Source: Pseudovirgaria hyperparasitica
Lineage: Eukaryota
Direction: 5' to 3' (one strand)
Assembly (NCBI GenBank): GCA_010093815.1
Contig: ML996581.1
DNA: 64,000 nt
Shown here: positions 13,372-25,237 of the stretch, piece after piece
Layout of the letters: the number at the start of each line of letters is the position of its first letter
Numbering within the stretch: the stretch's first letter is position 1
Program-made: the position numbers and the translations under genes
Notes under the pieces: generated by a model
Seen by the model: only the letters and a program-made list of their open reading frames with translations
Told to the model about the DNA's origin: nothing
The model's database searches: none

Positions 13372-14265
13372 GGGAAAGGGAAACCGGTCGTGCATGAAGC
13401 AACAACTCCTTGGTTGATCGAGGATATTCTGCTTGTTGAATGATTTGGTGGTGCGTGGGGTTTGCTCTGGCATGTTTAGCTTGTTGTTGTAGTTGTTGTT
13501 GTTGTTGTTGTCCCATCCATCATTGCGCCTTTTTTGCGTTGGTTGTGTGTGTTTTTGTCGTGTAGAGATGGGAAGAAGAATTGAGATGAGATGAGATGAG
13601 ATGAGATGAGATGAGATGAGATGAAAATGGGATGGGATGGAGACGAGAAATGAAAGATGAGAATGACCAATGAATGCAATGGAAGCTGCTGCTGCTGCTG
13701 CTGGTGGATGATATGATACCATATGGTGTGTGTTTGTGTGTTTGTGTGTTTGGTGTCTGTGTGTTTGTGTTTGTGTGTTTGGTGTTTGTGTGTGTCCCTT
13801 GGCTGCACTGCACTGCACGGACATGGGACCTGGACAACGGAGAAGATGGGAGAGATGAGTGGAGAAGACGGAAAGACGGAACCTATGGGGGGAAGTGGAG
13901 TGGAGTGGAGTGTAGGCGAATTGATGATGGATTCGCGGGCTTTTTGTTTGTTTTGCTCGCTGGGTGAATTGAAGCCTTTAGGGGGCGCTAGTCAGAGTCA
14001 GCGTTAGGGTTTAGGGTCTAGGGTCTAGGGTTGATTGGTTGGGTGTTTAGGTCAAAGTCAGGGTCAAGGTCAGGCAGGGTCAAATGCAAATGCAAATGCA
14101 AATTCAAAGTCAAAGTCAAAGTTTCAAAAAAAATTCAATGGTTCAACGGTTCACGTGCAGATCCCCGTATTTGAGATTTGAGATTGGAGATTGGAGATTG
14201 GAGATTGGAGATTGGAGATTTGAGATTTGAGATTTGAGATTTGAGATTGGAGATTCGAGATTTGA
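13120..14265. repeat. Microsatellite cluster between convergent LRG1 and NUFIP1-like 3' ends
   Basis: (AGCC)n at ~13121-13144 and ~13320-13370, (TTG)n at ~13480-13511, (GAGAT)n at ~13582-13623, GT-rich tract at ~13725-13795, (CAAATG)n and (TCAAAG)n at ~14080-14121, (GAGATTG/T)n at ~14172-14262. Confidence 0.95.
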
Positions 14266-14575
14266 AGAGTGTGATGGGAGGGGGTAGTGGTCTTGGGGTT
14301 ATGGGGTTATGTGGTTTCTTTTTGATAGGTTGGGCTGTCTCCTTATTCCTCTGGGACGATGCTTGCCTTCTTTCTTTCCTTCTTTCTCATCCCCTTATTA
14401 CTTCCCTTATCTATCGCCGTACATGCACGCATGCCATCCCATGCAAATTAAAGCCTCGGTCGGGGCCGGGCATGGAGATATATATATCCTGTGACGCTCT
14501 CTGATTATCATGCTATACTACACTACGCTATACTCTCTACCCAAACCCCCCGCCCCCCCCTTGGATGCCCCAAAC

Positions 14576-16468
14576 TCACGTCAAAAACCCCTTCTTCCCC
14601 AAATACTTAATCGCCTCGAGCGCAAGCTTATTCGCCTCGGCAACCTCCTGCGCCGCCCAGCGGTCGCGGAGAGTGATTCTCTGCTTCCTCTTATGCTTCC
14701 TGCTGTTCTCGTCGTTATCGTTGCCAGCACCGTGCCGCCGCCGTCGTCGCCGCTCCTGCTGCTGCTCCTGCTCCTCGGCTGTTTGCTGGTGGCGGAATCT
14801 GCAGCGGGGTCCGAATTTGCAGTGGCGGTTGGATTTGCGGAGTGAGGGGCAGAGTTTGGGGTGTGTGGTTTTGGTGGGGGCGTTGTGCGGGGGAGGATGA
14901 TGATGGTGTGGTGGGGGAATGAAGAGGGGGTTTGGAGGGAGTTTTGAGGAGAGGGTTTCGGGGTGGGCGGAGGAGGAGGAGGAGTCTGAGTCTGAGTTTG
15001 AGTCTGAGGAGTCTGGGTCTGAGGGGGAGAGGGCGGAGGAGCTGGATATTATGGATGAGGTGTCGGATAGGGAGGCGTTGATGTTGGTCTCGTGGTCGGA
15101 GTTGGCTTGGTCGGCTTGGTCGTCGGAGTCTGAGTCGCTGGCGTAGTTGAGGTTGAGACTGATGGTTGGGTTTGTGTCTTGTCGTCGGAGTGGATTCGAG
15201 CTGGTGGTTGCTGTGGCGGCGACAGGAGGTTTACGGTTGTCTGTGGACTCCTGGGCGCGTCTTCGTGGGGTGTTGAGGTCTTCGTTTCGATCACGGGTTT
15301 GCGTGTCGTTGTCCCGGGCAGGTGCTGGAGCTGCTTTGGGGTATTCTTTCGACCTGCTTTCGATGCGTTCGGTGCGTGATGAGGGCTCGCATCCTCGCTG
15401 TAACTGCAGCAGTTTATCGCGCAGCTCGGCAGCTTCCTGTTTCTTTTGTTGGACGCGTGCTTGGGTAGGGAATTCTCTTCGGCGCTCTGCCCTCCACGCA
15501 GCGATTTCGGCCGCGTTGCTTAGCTTTACAGTGCGGTCACCGTACTCGATTCTGATCGTGTCGATGGACCCGGCATAGTGTGCTTCCTCGTCAATCTCCT
15601 CCTCCTCGCTGGAGTATTGCGGCTCTTCCTCATTTATCAGGCCTAAATGCGTAGTCTTTCGTTTCTTGTTGCTCCTGCTATCTTTTGAGTGTTCGCTCGG
15701 TCGTGAAGCAGGAGATACAGGGGTCGGGAGCGAGAAGCCAAAGCTAGGGACTGAAGGGGCGACGGCTACGCGCTGCCTGACTTGGGGCTTGTTCGATGTG
15801 CCTCGTCCACGGCCTCTGGGCGATTGGTGATCCTTACGAGAGTCCCTCGGGCCGCTCGAATTATACATTCTCTCTGTTCTGGGCGCAGAAGCGTTACGGT
15901 CTTGTGCTGCTACGCCTGGGTGGGACTCCTGATTGTAGGTGTTGGCTGAATGTTGCGGACTCGACGCGGGCCGAGCGTTTGACAGGTGGGCTTGAGCTTG
16001 ATTGAGCTTGGTCTGGAACTCCGGTGAGTTCCACATCATCTGGGCAGCGGTAGTGTATGCCGCATACTGCTGTTGCATCTCGGGTGGCAGAGTTTGGCTT
16101 CCGTTCACGTTCGTCGCGTTCTGGTCGTTTGCTATAATTCCCGTAGACGACTGATTCGGGATGCTTCTGTGTTCGCTCGACTGTATCGCGGTCTGCTTGT
16201 CGTGACTATTCCGGTTCCCGTCAGGTCTCCCATGTTGATTGGTCGCCGTTCCCCTTCCTCCTCTTGCACCATACCTAGCTCCTCTGCTCCCTCTATGATT
16301 TTGACCCCTTCCTCCACCTGTGCCATGATTATGAGCTCTACTACTGTACTGTGTTCCATCATTATGCGAATTGGGTGTAAAAGACGACGCCGGGCTATTG
16401 AAGCTCTCGACCGGCGCAGCTTTTGGCGGAGGCGGAGGTAGAGGAGGAAACGTGAAAGCAGCTGGCAT
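14576..16468 (-). CDS. NUFIP1/Rsa1-like snoRNP assembly factor with C-terminal CCCH zinc finger
   Basis: Intronless ORF. EIAAWRAERRREFPT matches the NUFIP1 core motif (W.aERk.nfPT) and CPSLRKSNRHCKFGPRCRFRH is a CCCH finger. First ATG is at 16468. Confidence 0.75.
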   Translation of the reverse strand: MPAAFTFPPLPPPPPKAAPVESFNSPASSFTPNSHNDGTQYSSRAHNHGTGGGRGQNHRGSRGARYGARGGRGTATNQHGRPDGNRNSHDKQTAIQSSEHRSIPNQSSTGIIANDQNATNVNGSQTLPPEMQQQYAAYTTAAQMMWNSPEFQTKLNQAQAHLSNARPASSPQHSANTYNQESHPGVAAQDRNASAPRTERMYNSSGPRDSRKDHQSPRGRGRGTSNKPQVRQRVAVAPSVPSFGFSLPTPVSPASRPSEHSKDSRSNKKRKTTHLGLINEEEPQYSSEEEEIDEEAHYAGSIDTIRIEYGDRTVKLSNAAEIAAWRAERRREFPTQARVQQKKQEAAELRDKLLQLQRGCEPSSRTERIESRSKEYPKAAPAPARDNDTQTRDRNEDLNTPRRRAQESTDNRKPPVAATATTSSNPLRRQDTNPTISLNLNYASDSDSDDQADQANSDHETNINASLSDTSSIISSSSALSPSDPDSSDSNSDSDSSSSSAHPETLSSKLPPNPLFIPPPHHHHPPPHNAPTKTTHPKLCPSLRKSNRHCKFGPRCRFRHQQTAEEQEQQQERRRRRRHGAGNDNDENSRKHKRKQRITLRDRWAAQEVAEANKLALEAIKYLGKKGFLT

Positions 16469-16756
16469 AGTGCGTCTTGTAGAAAAGATCAACGTGAGCC
16501 GCTTCGGTCATTATACAGCATTTATCAGTCTAGGTAAGGATATGATAATAGTATGCACGTTTGTCGCATCGAAAGCTATTCCTCGAAGAGAAATGGTGAT
16601 AGTGGTCCGAGCTCCGGAACGTAACGCTAAAATTCTTAACTCCGCACTACCGTCATTCTTTTTCTTGCGACGCGTTCGGGCGCGTCTCGGAAAAGGGTCA
16701 TTCTGGATGAAAGCGGAGAACGATACCAGTATGTTCCTAGATGAAAGTAGCTCACA

Positions 16757-17690
16757 ATGTTTGTTCTTGTATGGAATAATTTCTTTACCGATATCTGCAA
16801 CACTTCTAGCTAAGACACAATTTTCAGACTTCGATATCCGATCTGATCCCGATTGATCCAAAAGATTTCACAAAGCCCACGCCTGATGCCATAAAGGACA
16901 ACATACATAGCAAATACTCAAACAAGGTAGAATATCCCGTCAATGTATCTGTACGATGGCTGATCAAAGCCCAGGTTCTACAACAAGTCGGCCTTTGCAT
17001 ATGCGTTTTCGATATAGAAAAGATCTCCGATGGCCTCATAGGTCACGGGTCTGGCATAGTATACGTGCATGGTATGCTCAATTATCGGGTTTCTTGCAAT
17101 ATCTGACTAAAGCAACCATTTAGTTGACTTTCGACTTTTGGTATTTCGACCATTCAAAGGTGAAATCCTTCAGGGGCGCATAATACGTAGCGACGAAAAT
17201 GCCATCAAAAGTAGGCACTCATCAGGTCGCGGCTCATGTATGCTGACAAACATTTAGTCGGCCTCGAATTCTTCGAAGATATTACCGCTCCTGCACCTAC
17301 TTCTCTTTTTGAGGACACAACATTGTACGCATCATTTTATGTACAGCTCGATTCTACAGCTAATTCTCTGCAGTGATGCGAAGGAATTGTCCTGGGTCTG
17401 GACACCAGAGGGAGGTGATGGCGAGCTCTACTTTGACTTGGGGGAAGTCATCCGTTTTCGCGTCGAATCCGAAGAGTGGCATGACCGATCACCCCAAGCC
17501 CCTGGATCTGAAGATTCTGGCAAGGATGATCAGCCACCTTATAGTTTGCTTGTTCGTATCACGATGGCGAGGCTCAATTGCAGTATGCTGACTCCATCAG
17601 GTATCAATGCAGCAATCAGGCCTTGGACTCACCATGTGGTGGGACGAAGAAAGGGCAGAGGAGGCGGAACAGAGCCACAGTCCCACATAG
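16757..17690 (+). CDS. RPC25: RNA polymerase III subunit Rpc25 (Rpb7 family), six introns
   Basis: Manual splicing gives MFVL|TSISDLIPIDPKDF...HSKYSNK|VLQQVGLCICVFDI..DGLIGHGSG..|VDFRLLVFRPFKGEIL..|..FFEDI..|..WVW...IRFRVESE...PYSLL|VSMQQSGLGLTMWW...TAG. All introns are GT..AG. Mostly missed by the ORF track. Confidence 0.92.
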
Positions 17691-20600
17691 CCGCACAAAG
17701 TGATGGCCACGGTTTGCATACGCTACGCACTCATCCTGCACATTTGTGTCATATCCTATGCATCTGTGCTTCTCTGTGTGAATAACAAGGCCCGGTGATA
17801 TACCTGCTAACTTGGCTTAGACACGCGGAGGGGGTTGGGTTGTTTTCACCATGAGCAACGAAGCTTGCAAGCTTGAGCGGAGACGAGTCATGCAGGTTTA
17901 AGCATGAAAATATGTACTATATACTTTGGCTGGACGAAGGAGGTCTAAGTATCTTCTTCTAGTTCTCGCATATCTCATTCTTTTCTCTCCATGATTCATC
18001 ATCGAATGAGTTCATTTGAAGCTCACTCCAACAAGTCAATCCTGAGTATTCTTCCGCGCGAACACATGCGGGTAGTTTTTTAGTGTTGGACAGGCAATGA
18101 ATTTTGAAGAGTTGGAGTCGCCGATGGCCAGACGCAGGACAGGAGTCATTCCGCTGTGATCGAAGCTCGTTACAGTAATTATTGCCTGATCAGGTTTAGT
18201 TGCTTACGGCAGGCCGAGGTATCTCCTGGTCATCATTCATTCAACGTCCATGCGCCTCTTACAGCCTCACCACGAGGCTTGGTCGCAGGGCGTAATATAT
18301 GCATCGCAATATGCGTAGTTCATCTCGGCTCATTTGTTGTATCTTGCCTTACGGTAAGGCTCCCCCACCACGAAGCAAGTATATCCAAGACCGGCCGTTT
18401 GCTCTGCTTCACGAAGCGATGTTCTGCATTGCAGAAAAGACGCAATATGACACCTTAATAGCCTACCTCTAAGACCCCACACAAGGATCAGAATTCGAGG
18501 CTCATTAGGTATGGATAGTTTGCCTCACTTTCCGCCTCACGATCTATCGCGTACCCATGATTATGGGATGTCCTGCCGAGAATCAACAGTTTGGTTCACC
18601 AGAAATCTTCCGGACGTCGAGGTCTTGTGGGCACTCGCATATCCTTTCAATGGCTCCAGACAAAAAATGTTAAGTTGCTACTTCCATCTCGGTATTCTAG
18701 CCGTACGCGAGCCTTTCATTGCAATACTCCTCTGATCAGTTCCATTACCCCTGCATCGAATTACCAAATTAGATACATGGCAATCCATGAAACTTCTCAC
18801 GCCACCAACGCCCTCTTTCGAAAGCTCGTGGCAACGTCCCACCTCTGCAACAACGAGGCTGATACCGGTACATATCTTCTGGTTTGGCCAACTGCTTCAA
18901 GTCCATAGGGCCTTTAGAGTGACGAGTGCCTCTCGAAGAAGCGCAATTTTCTAGATGTGTTGCTTCTCAGGTTCCGCAATTTAGGTACCACTTGGAAAAC
19001 TCGTTTGGACTCTGTCTTATCAAAGAAGATGAGATGATATTGTATGTTCAAGTCTGCCTCGTCCACTCTATTACAACGGTATCGAGCTAGACTTATATCG
19101 CCCGGCACCTCGTAGCCACTGGATTTCTCGCTCGCCCTATGGCTTGCAATTTTCAGACGGATGCGTGCGCTGGAAATTCAATGACAGTCTCCCATGACCA
19201 GACGATTGGCCCTCTCTAGCTGCCCTGGATTCACTGGTCTGGTTATGCACCTATTGCACCTGTTCTACCTGTCCAATTGTCTATATCTAGCTTCTCAAGG
19301 CTACTCCTTTCCCTTCTTCAAGTCTATTGTTAAGATTTCAACGCTATTCAATAGATATTGAGCAGCCTCACCAGTCCAGTCCACAGGATCCACATACCTA
19401 AAGTCTTACGCTCGTCACCGACCTAAGAAGCTTTCTATTCATTTGGTTATTCATATTCCAATCACTATCACCGGTAATTCATCTTCAGTCTACACAGCAC
19501 TTCCAACTTTGGTCATGGATTCCGCAGGTAAGGGCAAAATATCGCCGATTACTTTCTTCGACGCGCCAGTGTGAGTACAGTCAAGCGGGCATCCTAATCC
19601 ATCAACAGCAAAACATACGAATCTCGATACCACAGATTTGGTCATCTCCATAACCCTCCGTCAGGACCAGGCAGCTCGACTCAGAACTCCAGTATGTATT
19701 GGTACCTAATTTCCCGTTACACAGTATCTGAATACCGTTCTGCTCAAGAGGTTCAGTGGTCACACTGAGACTGGAAGAGTTAGCACGAGATTGATGAAGT
19801 ACTTAATTTGACCGTGCTGATCCTGCTCAAGCGGCCTTCTGTGAAAAGCTGCAAACCGGAATCAGCCCAGGCTCTCGACATAGATGCCACGAGATACGAA
19901 GAAGAGTCGGAAGAAATTCGAGAGTTGACTTACTTCATGGATTCCCTCCACAGCCATCGTCAAGACAATCAATCCACTGGATCTACCTGTCCACCTTCTT
20001 GTAACACTGCCCTGGCCTTAGGTGACCAAGCGAAGCCGCGTAGTCACAATCCATTGGTATCATTCCTCACTGGTTCGTACACAACTTACGATCGACTCAT
20101 GCAGTCAAAGCTCTCAACAGACTCGACAAGCAATGGTATACAGTGGTCTGCTCTGGAATTATCTACCAACAACGTTCTAGTTGACAGTACAAGACGATCG
20201 TCCCGTGTTCCACCCGGATCCCGTGAACATTAGATTAATTGCTGCCCATATATCCTATCACTTTTGCGCTCCTGGTAATTTTTCCTCTGCCCTTGCTTCG
20301 ATACCATTCCAAACAGTCTCATACCAATCTGGTCTTAAGCTAGTCATCTATGATATGCGATCAGTATGGACACCCTCGATCTTAGCAATAGCTTTACCTC
20401 TGCCGGTTTTAGCCTACTGGCGTTCCGCATGCCGGGCAGCATTTACCTGGGATTACCCAGACCGTGGATCCTTCACTCAAACATTTGGGACACTTTCGGC
20501 CAGGTACCTTTCGAATGGTCAGCTTGAATTTTCTCTAGAATATACTATCGTTTGTCAACATACAGTGTAGTCCGTCGGAGCAATATCAGCATTGATCTGC

Positions 20601-23323
20601 TGGTTCACATTTGTGACTCTGTCATTGGAACCGGAGGCACACATGAGGAAGAATTAAGGAGTCTGTGGTTGTTTTACAAAAGCCTGGCTTGGTCTGGATA
20701 GCCACTTGAGTTTGAGACGTTTACGATTGGAATTCGGAGGATATGAGCAAGCCATTCGACCTGAAGCGATGCCTCGAATTTATAGTCAAACCTCTCGCAA
20801 TCGTCTCCGGTCACCGCAAGTTGCTGCGACACCAACTACTCCGATATCTGGCCATACATACCACCAGGTATAAGGGAGACGCAGTGTTAGCCAAGCAAGT
20901 GGAAGATGAAGCGGTGAAAGCGCAGTTGATACCAAGCCAGTGGGTAGGGTGCATGGAGCTATAGACGATAGGAACGAGGGGCGTCTGTTTAGTCGTGGAC
21001 GTGGTACTAGGAGGTTGCTTTCTAGCTCATGGCTGCGATGGGCTGCATGACGAGGCGCAAAAGACATTAATATCGTCAATATACACCACATTGATCTATA
21101 GGGCAACGAAACAAACACACCGCAGGAATACTGACCCGCTCTGTTGGATGTCAGGGAGTGCCAAAGGGCCGGTATTCTGGTATTTTCACATTTCTGTAGT
21201 ACCACCACTATGACGAGTTTTCGTGTCTCCTGCTAGTGCCTGGTTATTGAAGACAGGCGTCGGACAAGGCTGAATTTTGGTTACCCAAGACAACTAGAGA
21301 CCCGTTTCGAAGTGGATATATGCAGCACGACGCCTATTATTGAGTTTGTGTCCGCTCAGATCCGCTTGCTGCGGGGCCCTAAAAGACAACTATTTCCGTT
21401 TGACTCGTCAATATATATGATAGGTCATATAGTACTACCTCTAATCACCAGGCGCGAGCACAGGTGTCATTGCACGGACCAGGTGTTTGTGCATCTATAG
21501 AGCTATCTATTAGAAGATTCGGTTCATTCTTATACAATATCGGCAGCTTCGCCGAGGCGGCCCAAGTCTTCGATCATCTTTGAACTACTCTGTATCGATT
21601 TTCTACCGTCAATCTCTAGACTGATCTGCAAGCTGCATCATATAACTCCGTAGTTATGTGTTCCGTCGGGATCTATACACAATAGTCCTTGAATGCCCTA
21701 CAGATATTGAAAGATATATGACAGGGTTCGGTTTAGAATCTTGGGTAAACATCCTGGGTTAAAAACTAGTCGTCATGTTCTGTCAGTCACTTTCTGCGTG
21801 TAGTTAGCACCGTCGGCTTCATTATACGGGGAACTGCTTCTTATCACGAGCGATATCAGTGGCTGCGGATATACATCCGAGCAGCCAATTGTAAGCTCTG
21901 CCGGGCTTGCCGTCGCAGTTGTACGCAAAGGATGACAACGCATGACGCTGAGTAGCGGAGGTGCGACATGCGACGAAAGTGACTAATCGAAGCATGTTTA
22001 TAGGGGAACTGTGACGAAGCAAGTATTGTAGCATGCAAAAAGCTAGAGAGGTCCTTTGCCAAAACATGATGGTTGCCGATGATTGGCTCAGAGACTTCTC
22101 AAAGGATGTCGCAAGATGGCTCCTCCCGGAATCTGCATGGCTCTATTTCTCGATCAGAGTGGGACTACAGGGATATCCCTGAGCAACACTATTCGATTGC
22201 TTGGGTCAATACCAGATGCTCAGTGAAGGGTAGCCATATCCTGGGTCGTTTGCTGCTGTGTGAGCACTGTAATTTGCAACTTTAGTCGACCTAGGGTATG
22301 ATCTCTGAGGCTCTTTCACAATCCTAGTAACGTAGACCACACTCGCAAGCTCGAGATCAATGGTTAGGTCAAGTATTGACTACCGTGTGGAAGATCTTTA
22401 TATGGTAACTATGACACAATGAACAGCGTCACTTCTAATCTATCAGCATATAGCAGTCCCAAATTAAGATTTGATCCTCGCTGGCGTCACTCACCGCCAT
22501 GTCAACATGGGATTCTAAAAAGCTCCAAGAATGTTTCGATGGGTGTCAGATACGCATTCTTTTCTCAAGTGCAATGGCCGCAGTCTCGGTGGTCCATCCC
22601 TATCTATAGACTAGGACCGAACAATGTGATCGCCGAGTATTGGTGGCTTACTTGATTACGACAGTGCCTTCTGAAGAATACCCTATGATTCCCTGGTGAT
22701 TCCGGGGCGGGCGTAATTGCATATACACAGCGATCCATTTGCAGTTATCCCTTGTTGTGTATGGTGCTGAGTTCACCGTTATAGATCCCAAGGAATGTGT
22801 AACAAGAGACATTAAGCAAAACAAGCAACCCTAGAGACCTTTACCCCCTCAAAGCATTAGGTGTGCCCTTGGGAAGATGTTCTCATTACTTCTTGTGTGA
22901 TACTGTTGTGAGGTTTGGAGTAGAGAGACAGTCAGGGCGCATCATCGTCCTAGCTAGTAGGAGATCAGTTGTAGTGTTACAAGGGCATTGTGCCGCACTA
23001 TGCCAGCAGTGGTTGGTTAAGATGCACACCTCTATCAAATGGATGTCTGAGGCCTTATAGAGTTTCAAAATCTTTCGACTACTTGACTAATTATGCAACA
23101 GAAGACATCTCACTGCGAAGATGAACTAACTTCAATACTAGAAGAGCATTTAAGCACATATAGCAATCCCTAACTATACTACCAGCCATTTCTCTACCAA
23201 CCTGTGCGTCTGTTGAGTACTACCCTCATACCAGAGTCATAACCCCTGCATGCTCGAAACCTGAACCGACCGATCGCGGGATACAACCCTTTGTGAACAG
23301 CCGCTCGATGCGCATCAACACAT

Positions 23324-23800
23324 TTGGCTGACTATATCTCCCTCCCGCCATCGGAACCCGTCGTCAAGATCTCCAGCATCAATCGCATGAGGATGCCCAT
23401 GCCACAATACCCATGCTATTTCCGCTTTCCTCCGGAAGGATTTTCATTCCACTGCCCGCAAACAGCCGTCCAGGGTCATCCAAGGAGGTGGGAGAATAAT
23501 CTCATTGGACAGGGGTTTATCCTTCACGTTTTCGCATCGGGCCGTGGCTACGGTTGCGCTCTCCCACTTCCCCGAGATAAAGTAAATTGCCGAGCCCTGT
23601 CACACGGTCACGACAACGACAGGTTTTCGAAACATGAGCTTACGGACGCGACTAGCGCCAGGGGGCGTTAAGCAACCATATACATGACGACCAAAATTAG
23701 GGAGACGGAATATAGGCAAGAGCATCTTGTAATTCACGACTATACAACTCATCCATCAAACAGAAAGGGCGAAAAGTCAACTTCGCCGAAAGCAAAAATG
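23324..23800 (+). pseudogene. Possible decayed metallo-beta-lactamase-fold gene fragment
   Basis: LPPSEPVVKISSIN, RRWENNL and LSHGHDND occur in the order of fungal MBL motifs (P.s..V.vs.I, RKDWEN, SHxHxDH) but are degenerate and lack an in-frame ATG. Weak resemblance only. Confidence 0.2.
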
Positions 23801-25237
23801 ATGAATGCACTAATCGAGAATAATGCAACCAAGTCTCGACAAAGTTAACTGGACACAGGGAAGTGACCCAGCACGCATCATACACTTTCCAAAAGATTGT
23901 CTCCCCATAACCGTTGCACTAGACGATTTATGAGGTTATCCAGGGATCATGTGTACATGACGGCCGCATCTCACTTACTGCAAGATGTACCAGGTCAATC
24001 GACGCCGCCACGGCAGCCACCAGCGCACCCCTAACGCTCGTACATATGACATGGAGACCAGATCACGACATACCCACGGAATATGCTTGCAGAGCAAACT
24101 AAACTTGCACCGCAGAGTATCAAGTAACTCATGGCCCGTCGACCGGATCGATTCGCAACAAGAGCACAAGATAGCATCATCGGACAGCCGTCTATGGCAC
24201 CAGCGAAAACAAAATTGAAACACAGTTCAAAGCACAAAGCTTCAGCCAGGCTCTCTGTATACCTCCCTCTGACTCGTCATAGATATACTGTCCACACTCC
24301 CTGCCTACCATTCCCTCGGAAGCTCCTCCCCTCGGAGCTTCACCCTTACCCTTCCCCTGCCCTGCCCTGCCCTACCCAACCCAATCCCAGTACAAAGGCA
24401 CAGCATCCCAACGCCCGCTGTCGTGCAACATCGTACCGACCCTCGTCTACCAAGCCTCCCAGAAAACTTGTCACGCCACAATCAGCAAATTAACAGCTGA
24501 GTCCGGGCAGACCGCCCTTCGTCCTCGGCACTATTTGCTGTGCTTCTACGATGCTGATATCTCCCGTCCCTCGGACATCCTCGGTCGGCACTAATTACTA
24601 TTATGTCGGCCTGAACCAGTGGCTTGGATGGTGAGGCGGCTGCGGGGATTGTATCGCATGGCTACCGTGAATTGCGATCGCACCCTTGCACGACCCGCTG
24701 CGCTGGTACCGGAATGGTGACAGTCTGTCAGATATAACATTCGAGGGGGACGACACCTGTCTTGCAATCATGGAATCTTGGCGGTGCTGTGAATCGTGCC
24801 TTCCGGGAGAAAATCCTTGCGGGACGTTGGTGCTAGGTAGTCGTGTACAGGGAGTGACCGGACATGAAATAGGCATTGGAGCACGTGAGGTGGAGAGATA
24901 GACGGATAGGCACATAGCAGGAGCATACAAGATGATTGAGACGATATTGCTGTACATACCGGGGTGGAGGCTTGAGTAGCACCAAGGCACTGCGAAGTCG
25001 GCATGAATGACTAGAGGATGACGGCAAGAGATTGAAGGTGAGGCAAAGTTCCGCAAGCCCAGGCGCAACATTAGCATCATGAGTGCAGTGTAATAGGAAT
25101 GTATTCCCTCGCCGAACAGATCCGAAATGAATCCCTGGATGCTGGGAATATGGAGGCGTCTTCAGCCCGCAAAGTTGCTACGAAGTAAATCTGCTGGTCT
25201 CTGACAACAGCGATCACACCTTTCTCGAATAAACCGC

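Noticed and set aside
14004..14032. Telomerase RNA template candidate
   Set aside because: I saw no exact TAACCCTAA template-type match, and the tract is embedded in a microsatellite field.
12803..14504. ORFs between LRG1 and the NUFIP1-like gene
   Set aside because: Low-complexity repeat translations in 3' UTR or intergenic DNA.
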